NCBI GenBank assembly: GCA_031404435.1
Contig: JANNHO010000339.1
Span: forward strand, 543 to 64,542
Direction: 5' to 3'
From: Acidimicrobiaceae bacterium
GTDB lineage: Bacteria > Actinomycetota > Acidimicrobiia > Acidimicrobiales > Ilumatobacteraceae
Length of the DNA: 64,000 nt
In this document: positions 57,098-64,000 of the stretch, in pieces
Layout: every line of letters begins with the position of its first letter
Numbering within the stretch: the stretch's first letter is position 1
Position numbers and translations under genes: made by a program
Notes under the pieces: generated by a model
Told to the model about the DNA's origin: nothing
What the model saw: only the letters and a program-made list of their open reading frames with translations
Databases searched by the model: none

Positions 57098-58213
57098 TCA
57101 GTCCAGCAGCGACAGCAGATCGTGGTCCATCACCGCAGCCGAGGCTCGCGACACGAGTTCGCGCATGAACTTGGCGCCGCGCTCGTTGGACGGGTCGAGC
57201 GTGCCGGCGATGACGATCGCGTACGCGTACAGCTGCAGCGCGGAGAGCTTGTAATCGTCCCAGCACTGATCGAGGCTGTAGTCCTGCACACCGCGATTGG
57301 CGAGCCGGCCGTGATAGTGCTCGATGATCCGCGACTCGTGCTGGCGGCGTTCGTCGGTGGTGACGTTCTGGGTGACGAGGTAGGCCACGTCGTGCAGGCC
57401 GCACGTGGTGATCAACGACCAGTCGAGCAGGACCACAGGTCGCTGGCCGGGCTGTGTGCCGAACATCATGTTGTCGAGGCGGACGTCGCCATGGATGACG
57501 GTCTGCTGGCGCTGGCCCATCCGCCTGTGGAGGCCCGGCACGTTGGCGATGAACTGATCGCGTGACGCTTTGATCTCGTCGGCGACGACGTCGCCGAACA
57601 TCGTCATGCACGGGTTCCAACCGGCGGCGGTACCGCCGGCGATCCCGTCGATCTGGAACGTGTCGTCCACAGCGGGGACGCTGGCCAAGACGGGGTCGCC
57701 AACAGTCTTGCCCCAGAACTGGGCGTGCAGGCCGACGACGGCGTCGAGGATCGTGATCGCTTCGTCGGCCGTGCAGCCGGCGACCTGGTCGCCCATCGTG
57801 TAGGCGCCGAGGTCCTCGAGCAGCAGCACTGCATCGCCGGTCGCGGGATCGATCTCGCCCGCATAACAGCGTGGTGCCGATACCTCGACCTTCGGTTCGA
57901 TGTCGAGGTAGAAACGGATCTCCCGCTCGTACAACCGGAACGCCATCGCGACGGCGCGGTTGCCGGCCACGGTGGTTGGGAACTTGGCGATCAACGACGC
58001 GGGCGCATCAGTGGCAGTTCCGTCGCGGTTGCCGTGGTAGGTGAGATTCACTCGCACGAGCACACCGAGCATGCCGACACCCTCACCGACGGGTTCGGTC
58101 GTGAAGCTGGCCACGGTGGCGTCGGGCCCGAGGTCGCCGCTGGCGCGCAGCACATCGGTGAGCCAACCGACGCTCAACTCGTCGGGAAGAGCCGGGTACG
58201 TACGTATCGACAT
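57098..58213 (-). CDS. phosphotransferase (APH / ecdysteroid-kinase-like) family protein
   Basis: Trimmed to ATG 58213. VIHGDVRLDNMMF and LLDWS motifs. Confidence 0.78.
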   Translation of the reverse strand: MSIRTYPALPDELSVGWLTDVLRASGDLGPDATVASFTTEPVGEGVGMLGVLVRVNLTYHGNRDGTATDAPASLIAKFPTTVAGNRAVAMAFRLYEREIRFYLDIEPKVEVSAPRCYAGEIDPATGDAVLLLEDLGAYTMGDQVAGCTADEAITILDAVVGLHAQFWGKTVGDPVLASVPAVDDTFQIDGIAGGTAAGWNPCMTMFGDVVADEIKASRDQFIANVPGLHRRMGQRQQTVIHGDVRLDNMMFGTQPGQRPVVLLDWSLITTCGLHDVAYLVTQNVTTDERRQHESRIIEHYHGRLANRGVQDYSLDQCWDDYKLSALQLYAYAIVIAGTLDPSNERGAKFMRELVSRASAAVMDHDLLSLLD

Positions 58214-58280
58214 GTCGCGGTGCCCCCAGGTTTCGCTGCGTGTCGGAAGTGTGCCAGAAAGCGCCAGTTGCGGGGCAACT

Positions 58281-59636
58281 TCAGCGTCGGCTGCGGTGGT
58301 TGCCGAGCAACAGCACGGCGGCGACCCCGGCAGCGGCCAACGAGGCCACGAGGACGGCCAGCTTGGCCTCGACGATCTGTACCGGGTCGTCGAACGCGAG
58401 CTCTGTGATGAACAACGCAACGGTGAAGCCGATGCCGGCCGCGGCACCGATGCCGAGGACCTGGCGGGGCGAGCTTCCCGTCGGTGTGTCGGCAAGGCCG
58501 AGCCGGACCGCGAGGCGGCTGGCGGCGACAACGCCGAGGGGCTTGCCGATCACCAGGCCACACACGATCGCCCAGGAGACCGGCGAGCGGACAGCGCCGC
58601 GCAAGCCGACACCGGAGATCTCGATTCCGGCGTTGGCGAGCGCGAAGAGGGGCACGATGAGGTAGCTCGTCCACGGATGGATGAGGTGCTGCAACCACTC
58701 GACGTCGGAGACCGCCGAGCGGGCGATGCCGGTGGTCGTGAACGCGGCATCGACGCTGGACACGTCGGCGAGCTCCTCGGTGTCGATGAAGTCTGCGCTG
58801 AGATGTGCGGTGGTGGGAGCGAGCAACCCCATGACCACCCCGGCCAGCGTGGCGTGGATTCCGGCCTCGTGGAACGCGTACCACAACACGGCGCCGAGCA
58901 CGACGTAGACGATTGTCCGGCGGACGACCAACCGCTTCGCCGCAACGGTGGCAGCGATGGCGCCGGCGGCGACGAGGAGCCACTGCCACGACACCGAGTC
59001 GGAGTAGAACGCGGCAATGATGATGATCGCGCCGATGTCGTCGACGATGGCCAAACCCAACAGCAGCACCCGCAGCGAGGGGTGGACGCGGTCGCCCGCA
59101 ACGGCGACGATGCCGACGGCGAGCGCGATGTCGGTTGCCATGGGGATCGCCCAACCGTTCGGTGCCGTGCCTCCGGCGATGGCGAGGTAGATGAGCGCGG
59201 GTACCAGCATCCCGCCGATGGCCGCGGACACCGGCAGGAGTGCTGCGCGCTTGGTCGACAGGTGTCCGGTGGCGAGCTCGCGTTTGATCTCCAGGCCGAC
59301 GACGAGAAAAAAGATCGCCATCAGCCCGTCGTTGATCCAATGCTTGAGATCGAGTGTGAGCGCCTGGTCGCCGATGGAAACGGTTGCCTGCGTCGACCAC
59401 AGGTCGACATACCCTTGCGACCACGGTGAATTGGCCCAGATCAACGCAACAACGGCGCTGGTGGCGAGCAGCACACCGCCGCCGGCTTCGGTGACGAGGA
59501 AGTCGCGCAGGGGTCGCAGTGCGCGTGGCATGGCCGGCCCCGACAGCGGTCCCGAGGCGGACGGCATTGCTTGGTCTGCCGGCGCGGTCGATGCCGAGAA
59601 CCCGGGATCCGGCGCGGAAGCACCGTGGCTCGACAT
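58281..59636 (-). CDS. nhaA: Na+/H+ antiporter NhaA
   Basis: LKHWINDGLMAIFFLVVGLEIKRE and ATDIAL..G motifs. The N-terminal start is uncertain (internal ATGs). Confidence 0.88.
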   Translation of the reverse strand: MSSHGASAPDPGFSASTAPADQAMPSASGPLSGPAMPRALRPLRDFLVTEAGGGVLLATSAVVALIWANSPWSQGYVDLWSTQATVSIGDQALTLDLKHWINDGLMAIFFLVVGLEIKRELATGHLSTKRAALLPVSAAIGGMLVPALIYLAIAGGTAPNGWAIPMATDIALAVGIVAVAGDRVHPSLRVLLLGLAIVDDIGAIIIIAAFYSDSVSWQWLLVAAGAIAATVAAKRLVVRRTIVYVVLGAVLWYAFHEAGIHATLAGVVMGLLAPTTAHLSADFIDTEELADVSSVDAAFTTTGIARSAVSDVEWLQHLIHPWTSYLIVPLFALANAGIEISGVGLRGAVRSPVSWAIVCGLVIGKPLGVVAASRLAVRLGLADTPTGSSPRQVLGIGAAAGIGFTVALFITELAFDDPVQIVEAKLAVLVASLAAAGVAAVLLLGNHRSRR

Positions 59637-59772
59637 GGCGCCAGTCTGGCAGGCACTGCATCGCGGTGCGTTCTGACGTCGGAGGGGGACCGCACCGAAG
59701 GGCTGCAGAGGGTGGTCGCGTCCTCACGGTGCGGCGACGGCAATAGACTGCCCGGCGACTGGTGGAGGTCAC

Positions 59773-61851
59773 GTGAATCGAAGGAAGACACCTGTGAACG
59801 TGCGTCGGGGCAGGAGTGCGGGTGCGGTCGCGCTCGCTCTCGTGGGGATGGCGGTGTGTCTCGTCGCCGGCGAACGCTCGGTGGCCGTCGCCGCGCCGTC
59901 ACGGATCGTCGACGTTGACACGTGGGCGTGGTGCGGCGTGCACCCCGATGATCTCGCGGCCCGCTCGTCGGCGGCGTCGATGGCAACCGCGGCCGGCATC
60001 GACGTCACGTTCGGCCCCTGCAACGTGCCGACCCCCGACTACACACCCGCCAACACCAGAAATCGTTACGTGAGCCCCGCGCTGTACATGCGCCTCGTGG
60101 AGATCAACGCTGCTGTGGGAATCAAGACCGCCGTGTACGACGCCCGGCTGTGGTCGCCGAACGCGCAGGTCCGTGACACGGCTATCGCGTTCTGGACTCC
60201 GGTGCTGCTCCACATCGCTGTGTGGGACATGGGCGACGAGTTCGACCCCAACGCTCTGCTCGAGTGGAACGCCCTGATCGACCGCTGGAACATCGTGCTT
60301 GCCGATGTCACCCCGCGGACCGGCATCCGCCCGTTCACCAATCATCTCCCGACGGCGATCGGCGACGCGCTGGACGACATCCCCGAAGCCGCCAGGCTGA
60401 TGTCGTTCGCCGTGTACGGGGGCGATCTCGGCACTTCGATCGCGCGGGCCAACGACGCAGCAGTCGACACCCTCATGTGCGGCGTCAACGCGTTCGACCA
60501 TTTCGGTTTCGTTCCGACCCCGGCACGGATCCGGACAGGGTTCAGCTCGCTCGTTGCCGCCGGATGCGATCAGATCCTCGTGTTCGGCGGTGCCCGCGTG
60601 TACGGCAGCGAGAACGTGTTCGGTGAGTCGTCGATCGTCAAACGCGACGGGACGGCCGCACCATGGGCCGCCGGCGTGCGTGAGGGCTCCGGCCGTTCGG
60701 CATATCAGGCGACCGGGCCGGCGCGCCTGTTGGAAAGCCGTATCGGGCCTGGCCTCGGCACTTTGGATGGCGTCGGTGCGGCGATCGGTCCGCGCCCGGC
60801 TGCGACGTTGACCGAGGTGCAGATCGGCGGGCGCGCAGGCATCCCCGCGACGGCGGTGGCGGCGGCTGTGAATGTGACGGTCACCAACACCGGCGGCAAC
60901 GGCTTCGTCACGCTGTTCCCGTGCGGCACGACGCAACCAGCGGCGTCGCAGTTGAACCATGGCACCGGCGTGACCTTGTCGGCCGCAGCAACTGTGAAAC
61001 TCGGTGACAGCGGCCGTTTGTGCATCTTCAACCTCGCCCCACTCGACCTGGTGGTCGACGTGGTTGGGTACTTCCCGGAGGGTTCCAGCTACACCGCACT
61101 CGATCCCGCCCGACTGCTGGAAACTCGGCCGGGTCAGCCGACCGGAACAGTCGACGGCTTGTTCAACGAGATGGGGGCACGGCCGGCCGGAACCGTGACC
61201 GAGGTTCGTGTCACGGGGCGGGCGCAGGTTCCAGTGGGTGCCGGCTCGGTCGTGTTGAACGTCACGGCGGTTGACACCCGCGACGCCGGGTTCGTGACGG
61301 TCTACGCATGCGATCAACCCCGACCCAACGCCTCGCAACTCAACCACGTCGCCGGGGGCACGATCGCCAACTCGGTTGTGGCTGCGATCTCGGCGGCGGG
61401 CACCGTGTGCGTGTTCAACAGTGCGCCGCTCGATCTGGTGATCGACGTTTCGGGGTATCACCCGACTGGCGTGAGCGTGGTGCCGGTTCCTCCGGCGCGG
61501 CTGCTTGAATCGCGCGATGGTGAGGCGGGTACGGTCGACGGAGCGGGTAACGGGATCGGGAGACGCCCCATCGACAGCATCACCGAAGTCGACATCGGTG
61601 GCCGCGTTGGCGTGCCCTCCGGTATCTCGTCAGCGGTGATCAACCTCACCGTCACGGAACCGGTCAACGCCGGCTTCGTCACGGTGTATGCCTGCGACAC
61701 ACCCCGCCCCAACGTGGCCAGCATCAACTTCGCCGCCGGCCAGACCGTGGCCAACCTCGTCGTCTCCGACGTGGACAACGCAGGACGAATCTGCATCTAC
61801 ACGATGACCCCAACCCACCTCATCGTCGACGTCACCGCCTATCACCCCTGA
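59773..61851 (+). CDS. secreted protein with an N-terminal unknown domain and three about 115-aa tandem repeats
   Basis: Signal-like N-terminus. Repeats each begin PARLLE(S/T)R and contain GFVT(L/V)(F/Y).C....P..S(Q/I)LN, ending L(V/I)VDV.GY(F/H)P. Confidence 0.7.
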   Translation: MNRRKTPVNVRRGRSAGAVALALVGMAVCLVAGERSVAVAAPSRIVDVDTWAWCGVHPDDLAARSSAASMATAAGIDVTFGPCNVPTPDYTPANTRNRYVSPALYMRLVEINAAVGIKTAVYDARLWSPNAQVRDTAIAFWTPVLLHIAVWDMGDEFDPNALLEWNALIDRWNIVLADVTPRTGIRPFTNHLPTAIGDALDDIPEAARLMSFAVYGGDLGTSIARANDAAVDTLMCGVNAFDHFGFVPTPARIRTGFSSLVAAGCDQILVFGGARVYGSENVFGESSIVKRDGTAAPWAAGVREGSGRSAYQATGPARLLESRIGPGLGTLDGVGAAIGPRPAATLTEVQIGGRAGIPATAVAAAVNVTVTNTGGNGFVTLFPCGTTQPAASQLNHGTGVTLSAAATVKLGDSGRLCIFNLAPLDLVVDVVGYFPEGSSYTALDPARLLETRPGQPTGTVDGLFNEMGARPAGTVTEVRVTGRAQVPVGAGSVVLNVTAVDTRDAGFVTVYACDQPRPNASQLNHVAGGTIANSVVAAISAAGTVCVFNSAPLDLVIDVSGYHPTGVSVVPVPPARLLESRDGEAGTVDGAGNGIGRRPIDSITEVDIGGRVGVPSGISSAVINLTVTEPVNAGFVTVYACDTPRPNVASINFAAGQTVANLVVSDVDNAGRICIYTMTPTHLIVDVTAYHP

Positions 61852-61914
61852 GCAGGCACCTCTGAGCAGGCACCTCTGAGCAGGCACCCCGGATCAGGCA
61901 CCCCGGATCAGGAC
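61848..61914. repeat. 14-bp tandem repeat array starting at the stop codon of the secreted-protein gene
   Basis: CTGAGCAGGCACCT x3 (61848-61889) followed by CGGATCAGGCACCC-type units x2. Confidence 0.85.
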
Positions 61915-61993
61915 GGTGTCGACCTGGCCCGTCCCCAGTGTGGTGGTGCATTTCTCGACACGCGGTTGCTCCGGCCTGGTGTTGGCCGCCGGA

Positions 61994-62773
61994 TCAGGCG
62001 GGTCCGACGTGGCGCGTCAAGCGTGCGGCAGGGTCTTGGTGGTAGAAGCCAGCCAGCACGTCGTACAGATCGGGGTTGCCCTCGCGCAGGGGGATGGGCT
62101 GGCAGAAGAACTGCTCGGTGGCGACGGCGAAGAACTCGCCGGGATCGGTGGCCGCGTAGTCGCGCAGCACGCTGTCGTGGCCGCGGCGCAGCACCTCGTA
62201 CTCGGCCGTGCACACCTCGACCCACCGGGCGCGAAGAGCAGGATCGCTGATCGGGGGAGTGCCATCGACCACGCCGTCGAGCATGTCGATCTTGTGCGCG
62301 AACTCGTGGTACACGACGTTGGAACCCGAACGCGGATGGCGCGCCTCGTAGGCCGCAGTGCTCCATGACAGCAGCAGTGGACCGCGTCGGTGATGGGCCT
62401 GGCCGGAGATGGCGTGTGGACCGTCGGCCACCATCCCCGAACCGACCGACCGTTCGCCATGCAGCATCACCGTGCGCGGATGGACGATGATCGAGTCGAC
62501 CTGGCGGTACAGGTCGAGGTCGAGTTCGAGCACCAGCAGGCACGCCTGGGCGGCGATCACGACCTTCACCTCGTCGGTCATGGTGAAGCCGTTCGCTGCC
62601 TCCCAGCGTCGCTCACCGATGAACAGTCGGATGAGATCTTCCATGCGCTCGCGTTCGTCGGCAGACAGCGTCGGCCATGCTGCCCAGCGCACTGCCAACC
62701 GTTGCCGCCATGGCTCGGGAAAGTCGCCGGCCAATGCCCCTCGGCGAAGCCGGTCTCGTCGTGAACGAAACAT
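61994..62773 (-). CDS. MtfA-like zinc metallopeptidase (M90 family)
   Basis: VVYHEFAHKID zinc motif and the GEFFAVATEQFF pattern typical of MtfA/DUF980. Confidence 0.78.
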   Translation of the reverse strand: MFRSRRDRLRRGALAGDFPEPWRQRLAVRWAAWPTLSADERERMEDLIRLFIGERRWEAANGFTMTDEVKVVIAAQACLLVLELDLDLYRQVDSIIVHPRTVMLHGERSVGSGMVADGPHAISGQAHHRRGPLLLSWSTAAYEARHPRSGSNVVYHEFAHKIDMLDGVVDGTPPISDPALRARWVEVCTAEYEVLRRGHDSVLRDYAATDPGEFFAVATEQFFCQPIPLREGNPDLYDVLAGFYHQDPAARLTRHVGPA

Positions 62774-62793
62774 CAGGTCCGGCGGGTGCCGGT

Positions 62794-63654
62794 TCAGCTC
62801 GCCTTCAGGTCGTGGCTGCGCAGCTCGGCGATGCGCTCCTGCAGGTACTCGAACGCGGTGCGATCCGGCGACAGGCGAACGTCATCCGCGGGATGCAGGA
62901 ACAGTGGCAGCGACAACCGCGAGCGGGTGGCGCCTTCACCGGTGGGGTTCATCACCCGGTGCGGTGTGCTCGGGTAGTAGCCACCGCTGGCGAGTTGCAG
63001 CATGTCGCCGCTGTTGACGGCGATGCTGCCGAAATCACATGGGACGTCGTGCCAGTTGCCGGCAACATCGCGCACCTGCAACCCGGGCTCGTTCGAAGCC
63101 GGCAGCACCGTCAACAAGTTGATGTCCTCGTGTGCCGCGGCGCGGACCGCGTTGGCCGGCTCGTCGCCGCGCAACGGCGGGTAGCGCAGCACGCGCAACA
63201 ATGTGCGGGTGCTGTCCACCATCATCTGGTTGAGCGGGCAAAAGAACCCTGCGCTCACCTCTGATGGCGTATTCGCTTCGACCCACCCGAGCAGCGTGAC
63301 GGCGATTGCGGTGGCCTGCTCGGCGTAGCGCAGCGCCGCGTCGCTGACCTCGGCCGGGTACTGACCCCACGGGTACACGTGGAAGAACTCCTTGATGTCG
63401 CGCACGGTGTTGCCCTTGGCCGTTTCCGATACGTCGGGCCCGAAGTACCCGTCCTGGCTGCCCTCGGAGAACCGGTACGCGAACTTGGCGTCGCTCTCGA
63501 AGAACGCGAGCCATTCGTCGTACACCTGCTGGACCAACTCGCGAGGGAGCGGATGGTTGACGATCACCGCGAAACCGGTGTGCCGTAACGACCTGGTGAA
63601 AGCCTCCGGTGCGTCCGGCGACTGGAAATCGACGACTTCGACATTCATGGCCAC
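62794..63654 (-). CDS. 2OG-Fe(II) oxygenase (isopenicillin N synthase-like family)
   Basis: AAHEDINLLTVL (HxD), STPHRV and RLSLPLF motifs. Alternative start at 63648. Confidence 0.8.
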   Translation of the reverse strand: MAMNVEVVDFQSPDAPEAFTRSLRHTGFAVIVNHPLPRELVQQVYDEWLAFFESDAKFAYRFSEGSQDGYFGPDVSETAKGNTVRDIKEFFHVYPWGQYPAEVSDAALRYAEQATAIAVTLLGWVEANTPSEVSAGFFCPLNQMMVDSTRTLLRVLRYPPLRGDEPANAVRAAAHEDINLLTVLPASNEPGLQVRDVAGNWHDVPCDFGSIAVNSGDMLQLASGGYYPSTPHRVMNPTGEGATRSRLSLPLFLHPADDVRLSPDRTAFEYLQERIAELRSHDLKAS

Positions 63655-63714
63655 ACGCTACCGGTGGCCAGTCGCCGACATCAGCCGCCTGCCGCCACGC
63701 ACGCGTGGCTGGCG

Positions 63715-64000
63715 TCACACGACGATGTTGACCATTCGGCCGGTGACGACGATCAGCTTCTTCGGTTTGGTGCCGGCGAGCGCGGCGATCACCTTGTCCT
63801 CGGCGAGAGCCATCTGTTTGACGACGTCGTCGGACGCGTCGGAGGCGACGATGATCCTGGCCCGAACCTTGCCGTTGACCTGCACGGGCATCTCGATCGT
63901 GGCGTCGATCAGCATGGCGGGGTCGGCCACCGGGAAATCGGTGTAGGTCAATGTGGCCGTGTGGCCGAGCAGGCTCCACAGTTCTTCGGCCATGTGCGGG
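63715..64000 (-). CDS. leuS: leucyl-tRNA synthetase, C-terminal fragment (gene continues beyond the window)
   Basis: ..HMAEELWSLLGH.....FP.AD......IE.PVQVNGKVRA is a typical LeuRS C-terminal domain. The reading frame is open to the window edge. Confidence 0.8.
   Translation of the reverse strand, partial: PHMAEELWSLLGHTATLTYTDFPVADPAMLIDATIEMPVQVNGKVRARIIVASDASDDVVKQMALAEDKVIAALAGTKPKKLIVVTGRMVNIVV

Noticed and set aside
61848-61914. The tandem 14-bp array, considered as a CRISPR-like array
   Set aside because: The units are contiguous with no spacers, far shorter than CRISPR repeats, and there are no cas genes. It is a simple tandem repeat.

Overview
High-GC, Actinobacteria-like chromosomal window with about 70 densely packed, often translationally coupled genes. 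All calls come from reading the sequence and ORF track and from remembered family motifs; no searches were run.

**Gene content**
- 1-28.3 kb: lipid/steroid-type catabolic region. Its core matches the mycobacterial steroid ring C/D (HIP) degradation set: echA20-ipdA-ipdB-ipdC, MaoC dehydratase, two acyl-CoA ligases, SDRs, two acyl-CoA dehydrogenases, and a thiolase-TetR operon. Also present are a P450, LLM oxidoreductases, EthD/SnoaL proteins and a frameshifted DUF222/HNH gene.
- 28.5-37.6 kb: uncharacterised cluster. It holds a rhodanese protein, a SAM methyltransferase, a coupled AhpD-like/radical SAM pair, DUF2064, GT2, an epimerase, large membrane proteins and PAP2.
- 38-64 kb: frameshifted YdeP-type molybdoenzyme, gpgS, folP2-like, a folB-folK fusion, an ABC importer without an ATPase, and a TAT protein / 835-aa multicopper oxidase / CocE-NonD hydrolase / 2OG oxygenase operon. 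Further genes are WS/DGAT, kinases, nhaA, a secreted repeat protein, an MtfA-like peptidase and the leuS 3' end.

**Main signals**
- A 17-bp palindrome, TCTGACG-N3-CGTCAGA, occurs five times at gene boundaries in the catabolic cluster.
- An in-frame TGA sits exactly at the catalytic Cys of an ArsC-family gene, making it a selenocysteine candidate.
- The radical SAM/glycosyltransferase cluster has no assigned function.
- The multicopper oxidase has an atypical order of copper-ligand motifs.
- Many short in-frame tandem duplications are spread across unrelated genes.

No rRNA, tRNA or CRISPR was seen.
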